From Bdellovibrionota bacterium (GTDB lineage Bacteria > Bdellovibrionota_C > UBA2361 > JBIKUX01): a DNA stretch of 64,000 nucleotides. Location of the stretch: the NCBI GenBank assembly GCA_044347345.1, contig JBIKUX010000011.1, forward strand, positions 26,502 through 90,501, in the 5' to 3' direction. Below, piece by piece: positions 28,513 through 38,052 of the stretch. Position 1 is the first letter of the stretch. Every line of letters starts with the position of its first letter. The notes under the pieces are model-generated. The model was not told where the DNA came from. It saw only the letters and a program-made list of their open reading frames with translations, and made no database searches. The position numbers and the translations under genes were made by a program.

Positions 28513-28896
28513 ATGAAAAATAAATGCGGACTATCAAAACAGTCAATAAGATTAAATTCCTGCTACGGTACTACGTTAATTGAAACACTTGTTTCTTTAA
28601 CTATCTTTAGTTTGGTAGCTGTAGGATTGGCCTCTTCATCTCGGACTATTCATAAGTCATTTCAAGAAAAAGCCGAGCATAAGACTCTGCGCATTCTTCG
28701 GCGCACATTTCTTAAAAATTGGTCTAGTGGTATTTCGGAAAAATTTTCGGTAGACAGTGACATATCTCCCGCTAATGCCAAAGTTTTCTCGCCTCTTGTT
28801 ATCTCACCATTTTCTTTACCTGTAAGAAAGAGTCCATGTCGAATAACCGGTTCGTTGCGGGGAAGATTATTTATTCGGTGCGGAGCCAACAAATAA
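28513..28896 (+). CDS. Type IV minor pilin / pseudopilin (FimT-like)
   Basis: G|TTLIETLVSLTIFSLV class III signal with E5; C-terminal CRITGSLRGRLFIRC. Confidence 0.7.
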   Translation: MKNKCGLSKQSIRLNSCYGTTLIETLVSLTIFSLVAVGLASSSRTIHKSFQEKAEHKTLRILRRTFLKNWSSGISEKFSVDSDISPANAKVFSPLVISPFSLPVRKSPCRITGSLRGRLFIRCGANK

Positions 28897-29114
28897 TGAT
28901 TGCCATTACTGAAGCATTACTTTTTGCAGTCTTTATTATGTTAGCGGCAAGCAACATGATGATAACCTCTTTTGTGGCGATAAATAGAACCCCCACCATA
29001 GGCTGTCCAGAGGTGACTATTTGTCAGGATGAAAGGCAAGGATTACTCGTATGTAATTGTAAGGTTAAAGCCAATCAAAAATCGCTAAAACGATTTATTT
29101 GGTATGGCCCATGA
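28896..29114 (+). CDS. Small pilin-like protein (PilV-like position), apparently leaderless
   Basis: ATG overlaps the upstream TAA; GGAG upstream; MIAITEALLFAVFIML hydrophobic helix; four C-terminal Cys. Confidence 0.6.
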   Translation: MIAITEALLFAVFIMLAASNMMITSFVAINRTPTIGCPEVTICQDERQGLLVCNCKVKANQKSLKRFIWYGP

Positions 29115-30040
29115 TTTCTATATCTACTATTCGTGATGATCGCGGATATTTGCTCCTTGAAATTCTTACCGCTATTACCTTAGCTGGTATAATTTTAACG
29201 AGTGTATCACCTATTGTTAGGGCTGTGATATATAGCCGAAAAACGCTAGCTAAAAACGTAGAAGAAACATTTGCAGTATCAAGATTATTTACGGTGATAG
29301 CATCGGCATTTGATAGAGCTAGTAGCCATAGATTTGTAATCCCTCCTCGAATTCATCGAGCAGGACGGATAACTTATAGGAGTGAATACGGAAGTAAAGA
29401 AAAAATTCATCCAATAGTAGAGCATGCTAAATTTGCACCTTCAAGTAATAGTGATGCAGTAACTTTTCTTGGTAGTGTACTTTATGCTACAAGAATTGCT
29501 TCATTAGACACGATGGAGCCACGAGTTGAAGCTGATCGTGTAATTATTAAATTATATTCATGTCCTGAATATAAAAACAGCGAATCATACAGAAGATTCA
29601 TCCTTGTTACCTTACAGGGGCTTTTCGAGGCGATTCTTTTGGAGCCAGTTACTCTTTCTCCAAATGAGTGTGGTAACGGGATTTTTGTTTTGACTCAAAG
29701 TATATCTCTTAATCCACCTTTCCTTGAGAGTGAAAGTTTAAATAAAACATTAAGAATGTCTCGACTATTATTAGTTCCTATTGATTCACATTTGACTATT
29801 TATCTCGATACTTCTGGACAAGTAAGACTCCTTAATCATTACGGTGACACTACGGTAGAGAATCAATCTATGCTCAATAATATTGAGATGATTAATTTTG
29901 ATATCATTGGCAATGAATTAAAATTTAGTGTTAAACCAAAAGGAGGAAAATTACTATCACATAATTTACTGATGTTACTTCCTCAACGAGGGCATTTAAA
30001 TTTTCTTTTTTCGTTTCTCAGTGCTGTTAATGAAAAATAG
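29111..30040 (+). CDS. Type IV minor pilin / pseudopilin (PilW/GspJ-like)
   Basis: DDRG|YLLLEILTAITLAGII class III signal; ATGA overlap with the previous ORF. Confidence 0.7.
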   Translation: MISISTIRDDRGYLLLEILTAITLAGIILTSVSPIVRAVIYSRKTLAKNVEETFAVSRLFTVIASAFDRASSHRFVIPPRIHRAGRITYRSEYGSKEKIHPIVEHAKFAPSSNSDAVTFLGSVLYATRIASLDTMEPRVEADRVIIKLYSCPEYKNSESYRRFILVTLQGLFEAILLEPVTLSPNECGNGIFVLTQSISLNPPFLESESLNKTLRMSRLLLVPIDSHLTIYLDTSGQVRLLNHYGDTTVENQSMLNNIEMINFDIIGNELKFSVKPKGGKLLSHNLLMLLPQRGHLNFLFSFLSAVNEK

Positions 30041-30845
30041 ACAAAAGACAGGATTTGTTATTCTTTTACTATTACCGCTCTTAGCGGTATTAATAAGTCC
30101 TATGCCAGCGATTTATGCCTATGAGGTGCTTTTTTTGCGAAGAGAGCTGTTGCGAGGCGATAGAAGACGTAAAGTAGAAGCTGATTCAATAATTAGATTT
30201 TTAAAAGAGCTGGAGAGTGATCCTCCAAAGCAAAAGTTCGATTGTAAACCTTTAAATAATTTCGTATCGAGGGGGATTTGTGTAGGTGGAGCAAGAGGTA
30301 TTAATAGTACTCCTCTCGGACTTGATTTAGATGGAGTTTTTGCTAACAGTATTTTGTGTCCAGTAGAAAGAACTTTAAGCTCTATCTGTACATTGCCAGT
30401 AATTACTCCTGATTTAAGTATTGGTGAGAGCTTGGTAATAAGTGAGCCATCTAAAATAGGAACTCCCGATAAGGCTGAGGTATTTAGATTAGCCGCTCGT
30501 GGCAGCATAACAACTCAATCTCGGTTTACTCTTAACGGAGCTGGTATAATAGCTGCGTTTGGAGACATTAAGATTACAAATCTTCAAGGAAGTGGTGCAG
30601 TCATGATATTGTCGCTTACTGGCAATATCATGGTAGAAAAAATTAGTAATTCAGTAGTTGTAGCTCCTTTTACACTTAAAGACCTTAGTTTACCAATTGG
30701 AGCGAATATAGCCATTATTTCATTATCTGAAATTCTTAAACGTGGTGGTATAGATAGCAATCATCCGTTTCATAAATTCAGTCCTCCGTTTTTTGTTCAC
30801 GGAATTACCCTCGATATCGAATCGGTTCAAGGAGCTTTTCGTTAA
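30030..30845 (+). CDS. PilX/GspK-like minor pilin
   Basis: MKNRQKTG|FVILLLL lacking E5, as typical of PilX/GspK; Gly-rich beta-repeat C-terminus. Confidence 0.6.
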   Translation: MKNRQKTGFVILLLLPLLAVLISPMPAIYAYEVLFLRRELLRGDRRRKVEADSIIRFLKELESDPPKQKFDCKPLNNFVSRGICVGGARGINSTPLGLDLDGVFANSILCPVERTLSSICTLPVITPDLSIGESLVISEPSKIGTPDKAEVFRLAARGSITTQSRFTLNGAGIIAAFGDIKITNLQGSGAVMILSLTGNIMVEKISNSVVVAPFTLKDLSLPIGANIAIISLSEILKRGGIDSNHPFHKFSPPFFVHGITLDIESVQGAFR

Positions 30846-31830
30846 TTACAGAGGATTTCATCTCTCCATGTTTTGCAAGAAGCACAGCGAACCCACCTGC
30901 TCCATGACCTTGTCCTGGCCAAACCCGATAGCAAGGAAATGGTGCAAGGGTGGAGCGGAATGATTGTAAGATAGGAGCTTCGATCGGTACCATATCCGTA
31001 GTGCGTTTTAAGAACCATTCCATGATTCCTTCATTTTCTTCGCGTGAAAAAGTACATGTAAGATATGCAAGATAACCACCTGGAGCTACACATTCTGCTG
31101 ACTTGGCGAGAAGATGTCTTTGTCTGCGAACATTCATCGAGATAATGGATGGGTGAAAAGCTCCAAATGATACGGTATTTTTTCTTTTGTTTAGTCCATC
31201 TTCGTTTGTAGGCTTTGCTAAAAGTGATTGCCCAGAGCATGGCGCATCAAGAATAACAAGATTAGCTTGGTAAGGTATACGTTTTGCTATTTCGTTTACA
31301 TTTAAAGAAGTGACGATGCCAGGAATTTTGCACCGTTCAAGATTGCTTATTAAGGCACTTATTCGTTTATTCTCTACTTCATTTGCAATTATTGATAAAC
31401 CGAATAGCTCGTAGGCTATTATTGATTTGCCTCCAGGAGCTGCGCATAAGTCGAGTATTGGTGGCTGGAATTCAAGGTTTTTAATTGAGGTAAGGACTGA
31501 GGATAAAATGATTGAAGAGAGGTCTAATGGATAAAAAAGTCCTTTACTATAATCTGTTGAGAGACCCGGGCGAGTACCGGTTGATAAAAGAGATATTAAA
31601 AGACCAGATTCTTTGCAAATATTAGTAACACTGCTTGAAGGAGTTAGAGTTGACCAAAGTGAAGTGTCTACTAACTCTGTCGATGATTGTCGAGTTAACC
31701 AGAGAAGAGTGGGTTGGCCTGCAGAACTTATTTTGCTAGCACCTGATGCAATTGTATCTATAAAGGTTTGTTTTTCTGTTACTGAGTCAAATAATTTATC
31801 AGCGACTTTTATAAGAGAGCGGTGGGTCAT
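30805..31830 (-). CDS. RsmB/RsmF (NOL1/NOP2) family RNA m5C methyltransferase
   Basis: LDLCAAPGGKS, ANE, LDAPCSG, YLTCTF, ENE. Confidence 0.88.
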   Translation of the reverse strand: MTHRSLIKVADKLFDSVTEKQTFIDTIASGASKISSAGQPTLLWLTRQSSTELVDTSLWSTLTPSSSVTNICKESGLLISLLSTGTRPGLSTDYSKGLFYPLDLSSIILSSVLTSIKNLEFQPPILDLCAAPGGKSIIAYELFGLSIIANEVENKRISALISNLERCKIPGIVTSLNVNEIAKRIPYQANLVILDAPCSGQSLLAKPTNEDGLNKRKNTVSFGAFHPSIISMNVRRQRHLLAKSAECVAPGGYLAYLTCTFSREENEGIMEWFLKRTTDMVPIEAPILQSFRSTLAPFPCYRVWPGQGHGAGGFAVLLAKHGEMKSSVINEKLLEPIRYRG

Positions 31831-31861
31831 AATAGATTAAAGGAATAAAAATTAGTGACAT

Positions 31862-32296
31862 TCAGCTCCAAAGATTACTAACTATTACTTCTCTTCGGTG
31901 CGGAGCTGCCCGATGTTCCCAAAGATAAATACCCTGCCAAGTACCGAGAGTAAGTATGCCGTTGTGAATGGGGATGCTAAGTGAAGTTGATGTGAGAGCA
32001 GCTTTTATATGAGCTGGCATATCGTCAGGCCCTTCAGACGTGTGCTTAAAGACCGGATTATTCTCGGGTACCAAGCTAGTCAACCAACTTTCTAAGTCTC
32101 GTTTAGCTGATGGGTCGGCATTTTCTTGAATTAAAAGGCTAGCAGAAGTATGCCGGATAAATAAAGTACAAATACCATCAATTTTTCTTGGACAAGCATG
32201 GACAGTGCCTAATACTTTATCGGTAAATTCGTACAATCCTTGTCCGTTAGTAATGACCTCAAGTGAGGTTACTCGGCAAGGCATGATTTTACCCAC
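31862..32296 (-). CDS. yjbQ: YjbQ / UPF0047 family protein
   Basis: HTSASL, ENADP, EGPDDMPAHIK, LGTWQGIYLWEH. Confidence 0.9.
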   Translation of the reverse strand: MGKIMPCRVTSLEVITNGQGLYEFTDKVLGTVHACPRKIDGICTLFIRHTSASLLIQENADPSAKRDLESWLTSLVPENNPVFKHTSEGPDDMPAHIKAALTSTSLSIPIHNGILTLGTWQGIYLWEHRAAPHRREVIVSNLWS

Positions 32297-33582
32297 AATG
32301 AGGCTTGTTCAGCAGAATTAAAATTTTCTTGGACATTTCTTGTTAAGTCTTTAAGTTGTATGGTTCCTTTCTCTTTTTCAAGGAACGCTACAAACCTAAT
32401 ACCCTTTTGGTCAGCATAATCTATCTGTTTACCAAGTTTTGGTGCTTTATAGAAGACTTCAGTTGGAATACCGCTACTACGAAAACAGTCAGCTAATTCA
32501 TTACTCTCAGGGCGATCTGTCTCATTTAAAACTGTGACGAGTAATTGAGCAGATGATTTTTTAGTAGGACTTATTAGATTTTTCTCAATTATGAGGGCAA
32601 TTAGCCGGCTTATACCGATAGAGGCGCCAACGGCTGGAAGATTTTGGGTTGTAAAGCGAGCCGTGAGGTTATCATAGCGTCCACCTCCTCCAGCAGAACC
32701 GAATTCAGGATATGCCGGTAATCTAACTTCGAGAATAGTACCGGTGTAGTAACCAAGGCCGCGGGCGAGGCTTCCATCGATGACTACTTTATTCTTGGTT
32801 GTTTGAGGAAGTAGTCGTATCACTTCATTTAGTTCACTGATACCGGCTAAGAATTTGTCATCGTTGCAATTAATTATGTTAAATAATTGGTCGATAGAAT
32901 CAGCAGGTAAGCGGAGTGCTGATAACGCTATAATCTGCTCAATTACATCTGTTGCAAGAGCGAGGTCAACTTTGAGTTCATGGTGTACACCGTCTACACC
33001 TATTTTATCGATTTTATCGACTATACCGATGGCTTTGTGACTATTTTCTTCTGATAGACCGAGATTACTATAAAAGCCTATCAGAATTTTGCGATTGTTA
33101 AGACGAATCTCATAGTCACATAAATTGAGTCGACGATAAGCCTTCTCAATCACAGTTACTACTTCAGCGTCACAAGCTAAAGGGAGTGTCTCACGAGCAA
33201 CAATATCAATGTCAAATTGATAGAATTCTCGGTATCTACCTCGCTGAGGTCTTTCACCGCGCCAGACTTTTTGCAATGAAAATCTCTTTAAGGGAAAGCT
33301 TAAATTAGAAAGGTTTTCGGCTACATATCTGGCAAATGGAATGGTCAAATCAAAATGAAGTGCAAGCTTCGCTTCTTCCTCATCATGAGCTTGAGCTCTT
33401 TTAAGGACAAATATCTCCTTTCCGCCAATACCATTCTCTTCAAGGGAGCTAAGTAGCTCTACAGATGAGTGGTCAATTGAGTAAAAACCGTGTGAGATGT
33501 ATACCTCTTTTATAGTGTTTATCACCCATTCCTCTATAAGGCGAACTTCTGGAAGCCATTCAGGAAAACCGGAGATACTCAT
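32269..33582 (-). CDS. hisS: Histidine--tRNA ligase
   Basis: FDLTIPFARY, VWRGERPQRGRYREFYQFDID, ARGLGYYTG, GGGRYD, anticodon-binding domain. Confidence 0.96.
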   Translation of the reverse strand: MSISGFPEWLPEVRLIEEWVINTIKEVYISHGFYSIDHSSVELLSSLEENGIGGKEIFVLKRAQAHDEEEAKLALHFDLTIPFARYVAENLSNLSFPLKRFSLQKVWRGERPQRGRYREFYQFDIDIVARETLPLACDAEVVTVIEKAYRRLNLCDYEIRLNNRKILIGFYSNLGLSEENSHKAIGIVDKIDKIGVDGVHHELKVDLALATDVIEQIIALSALRLPADSIDQLFNIINCNDDKFLAGISELNEVIRLLPQTTKNKVVIDGSLARGLGYYTGTILEVRLPAYPEFGSAGGGGRYDNLTARFTTQNLPAVGASIGISRLIALIIEKNLISPTKKSSAQLLVTVLNETDRPESNELADCFRSSGIPTEVFYKAPKLGKQIDYADQKGIRFVAFLEKEKGTIQLKDLTRNVQENFNSAEQASLWVKSCLAE

Positions 33583-33762
33583 GGTACTATCGCTTTTTAA
33601 GGGGTTGCTGCCTGTAAGCCAAAAAATAAGGCTTAAAAAATCTTAAGAGTGATGGTAAAAAAAAATATAAGGTTATGAAAGTTTTTATGAGTAACTTAAA
33701 CATAATTTTGTAATAAGATTTGTAATTGGTCTAACTTAAGTTGTTTGTAGTGTGTGTAAAAA

Positions 33763-33817
33763 GTATTATAGCCTGGCCGTAGTATATAGCATGACCGTAG
33801 TACATAGCCTGTCTGTA
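33763..33817. repeat. Degenerate 18-bp tandem repeat (GTAGTAYATAGCMTGNCY) about 3 copies
   Basis: Read directly, just upstream of ORF 33847. Confidence 0.7.
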
Positions 33818-33846
33818 ATTTAAAAATTTATGGCTAGACGTGCGTT

Positions 33847-34284
33847 ATGACCACAAATTTAGTCGACAGTACTCAACAATCTACTGGGTTGCCGTCTACT
33901 GGGTTGCCGTCTACTGGGTTGCTACTGTACTATGCGCAAAAGGTAAAAGAGAATGCCGAGATTAATTCACAAAGTCCGGTGCCAGGCAAGCCACTTCCAG
34001 AGGAAGGCTCTGGTCCCAATATAAAGATAGTTTCTCGTCCAAATCCTCCAAATCCTCCTGGAGGGGGTAACTTATTACCAGAACGGCTTGGTTTATCAGC
34101 AAATAATAAAAAATTACTAACTCCGCCTCCTGAACTAAAGCAGCTAGCACAGAATCTTCTAGGAGGGATAGAAACACCTGACTCAATGGTGGGACTAGTG
34201 ATAGCTAGTGCGCTGGGACTACGACAAAAAGAACTACTACCAGAAGATGAAAACATACCTACACGACTTTACGGAGTTGTTTAA
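33847..34284 (+). CDS. Hypothetical Pro-rich protein
   Basis: 145-aa ORF filling the gap; STGLP repeats; no recognised family. Confidence 0.5.
   Translation: MTTNLVDSTQQSTGLPSTGLPSTGLLLYYAQKVKENAEINSQSPVPGKPLPEEGSGPNIKIVSRPNPPNPPGGGNLLPERLGLSANNKKLLTPPPELKQLAQNLLGGIETPDSMVGLVIASALGLRQKELLPEDENIPTRLYGVV
33880..33922. repeat. 15-bp perfect tandem repeat TCTACTGGGTTGCCG x2.9
   Basis: Read directly; encodes STGLP-STGLP-STGL. Confidence 0.9.
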
Positions 34285-34450
34285 AAAATAGCTAGAAATT
34301 TTCCTTTAACTAGATTTAAGAAAAAATAGTTGAATTATAAGTAAGAAAACAGCAAAACTACCGCGTGTTCTGTTAGGGTGATCAATTTTTTGAGGAAGAG
34401 TGCGCCTTTAAAAAAAAGAAGGGTATAGTTTTGGAAGGTAGATAAGTCTT

Positions 34451-36067
34451 GTGCTTCAGATTTGTAACTCTGCTATCGGTATGCTTGCTCGTACTGGCCT
34501 TATTTCGAAGACGTTTTACGTTTGGGCTAAGAGCCGAATAAGGCAGATAAACACTGAGAATGTAAAAAATGAACAGGAACTAATACTTAAATCTTTAGTT
34601 AATCGGGCTAAAAATACTCAATTTGGCCGTGATCATGGATTTATCAAAATTAGGTCTATATCTGAATATCAGGAGCGAGTATCGGTCAGGTCTTATGAGC
34701 ATTTTTGGGCGGAATATCTTAAACCGAGATTTCCTTATGCAAGTAATGTTTTGTGGCCTGGAGATACCAAGTACTTTGCCGTTAGTTCTGGCACTACAAC
34801 TGGTAAAACAAAATATCTTCCTGTTACGCAAGCTCTGCTCGCATCAAATCAAAAAGCAGCCGTTGATATGTTAGCTGCCCACATGGTAGCCAATCCTAAG
34901 ACGTTACTTTTTTCTGGTCAAAATTTTGTTCTTGGAGGAAGTACAGCCCTTGTAGAAGAGGGGGTAAGTGGTAACGGTAGTAGTATTTGGAGCGGCGATC
35001 TAAGCGGAATCGTTGCAAAGACCGTGCCTTTGTGGGCAAAGCCATTTTATTTCCCTCCTCCGCAAATCGCGCTTATGTCAAATTGGGAAGAAAAAATCGG
35101 TATTCTGGCTCGGCAGTCTGTAAAAGAGCGTATTGTCTCAATAAGCGGCGTGCCTAGTTGGTTAATTATATTTTTTGAAGCTGTAGCTAAACAACAGGGA
35201 TGCTCACTTGCTGAAGTAGGTAAATGTTTTCCCTACCTGTCATTATTAATTCACGGAGGAGTTAATTTCGAGCCATATCGCAAGCGGTTTAAGGAATTTT
35301 TAACTTGTACAAATGCAGAACTCCGAGAAGTGTATCCAGCGAGTGAAGGTTTTGTCGCCTTTCAAGATTCAGATGTTGAATCAGGATTACGTCTAGCTAC
35401 AACGCATGATATTTTTTTTGAATTTATACCTCTTGAAGAGCTTAACTCACTTAATCCAATACGGCATTGGGTAGGTAATATTGAGCCAAACGTTCATTAT
35501 GCAGTAGTTCTTACTACCTGTGGGGGCTTATGGTCTTATCTTCTTGGGGATACAGTACGGTTTTTGTCAGTAAATCCTCCTAGACTTTTAGTAACAGGCC
35601 GTACTTCTTATATGTTGTCAGCATTTGGCGAGCACCTGATTGGCGAAGAGATTGAAGCGGCAGTTGCTAGTGCCGCACGCATTGCTGGTGTTTCTATTAC
35701 TGATTTCTCAGTGGGGGCTATTTATCCAGAGCATCAAGGAGAGCTCGGTCGTCACTGTTATGTCATTGAGCTTGATTCAGTTACAGATTCATGTGATGGG
35801 CGTGAGCTAGGTCGTAATATTGACTCATTTCTATGTTCCACAAACGAGGATTATGTTGCACATCGTGCTGAAGGTTTTGGCCTTGGTTCTCCCGAAATTT
35901 TGCTAGTTCCACCCGGAACATTTGCAAATTGGATGAAGTCACGAGGTAAGCTTGGGGGACAAAATAAAGTTCCTCGAGTAATTAATGACACCATTTTATT
36001 TCAAGCTCTTAAGTCGTTTTGTACTGAAATGATTGACGCTTCCACAGCATTATCTGCACACTCATAG
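34451..36067 (+). CDS. GH3-family acyl-adenylate/amido synthetase-like protein
   Basis: FAVSSGTTTGKTKYLP, YPASEGF, YLLGD, GGQNKVPR. Confidence 0.88.
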   Translation: MLQICNSAIGMLARTGLISKTFYVWAKSRIRQINTENVKNEQELILKSLVNRAKNTQFGRDHGFIKIRSISEYQERVSVRSYEHFWAEYLKPRFPYASNVLWPGDTKYFAVSSGTTTGKTKYLPVTQALLASNQKAAVDMLAAHMVANPKTLLFSGQNFVLGGSTALVEEGVSGNGSSIWSGDLSGIVAKTVPLWAKPFYFPPPQIALMSNWEEKIGILARQSVKERIVSISGVPSWLIIFFEAVAKQQGCSLAEVGKCFPYLSLLIHGGVNFEPYRKRFKEFLTCTNAELREVYPASEGFVAFQDSDVESGLRLATTHDIFFEFIPLEELNSLNPIRHWVGNIEPNVHYAVVLTTCGGLWSYLLGDTVRFLSVNPPRLLVTGRTSYMLSAFGEHLIGEEIEAAVASAARIAGVSITDFSVGAIYPEHQGELGRHCYVIELDSVTDSCDGRELGRNIDSFLCSTNEDYVAHRAEGFGLGSPEILLVPPGTFANWMKSRGKLGGQNKVPRVINDTILFQALKSFCTEMIDASTALSAHS

Positions 36068-36102
36068 AATATCACGATTAACATTAACAATAAGGTCGTA
36101 GT

Positions 36103-37215
36103 ATGGGGAGCGAGCGCATTCGAGTAGGGATATTGTGTGGTGGAGAGTCTCCTGAACATGAAGTTTCTCTCCTATCAGCAAAAAATATAGTGGCTGCACT
36201 TAATCCATCAAAATATGAGGTGACTATAATCGGAATCAGTCGAGAAGGTGAATGGGGATTACGTCATTTACATCATTGGCTAATTAACGAGGATAATCCT
36301 GAAAAAATAGCACTTGCTCCCGCGAGTGCTGGTCTTGCTGTTCAACCCAAGGGTAGGGTGGGTGCAAAAAATGCAATTGTGACAACTGAAAGTGGAATTA
36401 CTTTACCTCTAATTGATGTTGTGTTTCCGGTGCTTCATGGACCAAATGGTGAAGATGGTACTATTCAGGGTTTACTTCGTTTAGCTCATATTCCTTTCAT
36501 CGGTCCCGACGTACTCGGCTCATCAATTGGTATGGATAAGGATGTGATGAAACGTCTTTTACGAGATGCAAAAGTACCTATTGCACCTTTTGTATCCATT
36601 AGCAGACAAAAAAGCTCTTTGGTCTCCTTTAAAGCAGTGACCAAAGAGCTTGGGCCAGTGCTGTTTATCAAGCCTGCTAATATGGGGTCTTCTGTGGGAG
36701 TATCTAGAGCAGACAGTGAAGAAAGCTTCATAGCGGCTACAGAAGAGGCATTTAGATTTGATGATAAGATTTTGATCGAGCAAGAAATTATTGGGCAAGA
36801 GATTGAATGCTCGGTAATTGGGAACGAAGTAAAGCGAGCCTCACTTCCTGGTAAAGTAATACCATCGCACACTTTCTATTCATATGAGGCAAAGTATTTG
36901 GATCCTGATGGGGCTAGTTTTGAAATACCAGCAATACTTTCCGAAGGTGAGGTAAAAAATATTCAAGATACAGCTATTCGTACTTGTGAGGTTCTCTGTA
37001 TAGATGGAATGTCACGGGTTGACATGTTTCTCAAAAAAGATGGAGAAGTATTGGTTAATGAGGTAAATACAATCCCGGGTTTTACTCGTATCAGTATGTA
37101 CCCAAAAATGTGGGAAGCTTCAGGTCTGGAATATGGGGAACTTTTGGATGAACTAATAACATTGGCAATATCTCGTAATAAGAAACAGGAAAGTAGACGA
37201 ATAGTTCGAAATTAA
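36103..37215 (+). CDS. ddl: D-alanine--D-alanine ligase
   Basis: GGESPEHEVSL, LHGPNGEDG, KPANMGSSVG, YSYEAKY, NEVNTIPGFT. Confidence 0.96.
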   Translation: MGSERIRVGILCGGESPEHEVSLLSAKNIVAALNPSKYEVTIIGISREGEWGLRHLHHWLINEDNPEKIALAPASAGLAVQPKGRVGAKNAIVTTESGITLPLIDVVFPVLHGPNGEDGTIQGLLRLAHIPFIGPDVLGSSIGMDKDVMKRLLRDAKVPIAPFVSISRQKSSLVSFKAVTKELGPVLFIKPANMGSSVGVSRADSEESFIAATEEAFRFDDKILIEQEIIGQEIECSVIGNEVKRASLPGKVIPSHTFYSYEAKYLDPDGASFEIPAILSEGEVKNIQDTAIRTCEVLCIDGMSRVDMFLKKDGEVLVNEVNTIPGFTRISMYPKMWEASGLEYGELLDELITLAISRNKKQESRRIVRN

Positions 37216-37248
37216 TGATTAAACATTTTTAAGTAGTAGTAGTTTATT

Positions 37249-37620
37249 ATGAATAATTTCGAGTCAGATTCTAAACAAGAAGTTAGTGAGACAGATCACA
37301 ACACGATATATGTAGGAAACCTGCCATTTTCATGGGGAGCTAGTGAAGTAAAAAAAATGTTCGGTCGAGCTGGAGAGATTTGCTCAGTAAAGGTTTCTAT
37401 TGATAGGTTTTCTGGTAGGAGTCAGGGGTACGGATTTATAGAATATGCTTCTATTAAAGAAGCTAATCATGCTATCGAGCAGTTTAATGGGATAGAGGTT
37501 CACGATCGCAAGCTCGTGGTGTCAAAGGCAAGGAATAAAAAATTCTCTAAAAAGTCGATAATAAATGATATTAGCCTTGATTGTAGAGAAGATCGTTTCC
37601 TTAGCTTAAAGAACCTCTAA
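37249..37620 (+). CDS. RRM-domain RNA-binding protein
   Basis: RNP2 IYVGNL and RNP1 QGYGFIEY. Confidence 0.9.
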   Translation: MNNFESDSKQEVSETDHNTIYVGNLPFSWGASEVKKMFGRAGEICSVKVSIDRFSGRSQGYGFIEYASIKEANHAIEQFNGIEVHDRKLVVSKARNKKFSKKSIINDISLDCREDRFLSLKNL

Positions 37621-37645
37621 TCTTAGTAAAGGATGAAAAGAGTGA

Positions 37646-38005
37646 ATGTCTTACAGAAAATTACTAAGTAAATTTAAATTAGTACTATGTGCTACAAGTC
37701 TGCTTGTAGTATTGTGTTCTATCGTTGATGCGGAGAGATTTCGTTATATTGATGAAGCAGGTAATATTTTTTGGGTAGATAGTCTTTTAGCAATTCCAGA
37801 GCGATATCGATATCAGGTGCTTAAGCCTACACCCATTCCAGATGAAGCAACTATTCGTTGGATGGAGCAACGTCGCAGAGAAAAAGAACGAGAAAAATTA
37901 GTTAAGAAACAGGAAGAAGAAAGAAAAAGAAGAGAGCTTGAGAGAAAACGTGAACAGGTTCGTCTTGAGCGTGAGCGCGAAGCTCAGCGTATGAAGAATA
38001 GGTAG
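37646..38005 (+). CDS. Exported DUF4124-like protein with a charged E/R/K helical tail
   Basis: Signal peptide, FRYIDEAGNIFWVD...IPERYR, E/R/K-rich C-terminus. Confidence 0.7.
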   Translation: MSYRKLLSKFKLVLCATSLLVVLCSIVDAERFRYIDEAGNIFWVDSLLAIPERYRYQVLKPTPIPDEATIRWMEQRRREKEREKLVKKQEEERKRRELERKREQVRLEREREAQRMKNR

Positions 38006-38052
38006 TAATTATTTGTTATTGAATAAGACCACAAAATAAAACGGCAAGTAAG

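Noticed and set aside
33763..33922. Possible CRISPR array from the short repeats (also 52094-52148)
   Set aside because: Units are 15-18 bp, directly adjacent with no unique spacers, and no cas genes are present.
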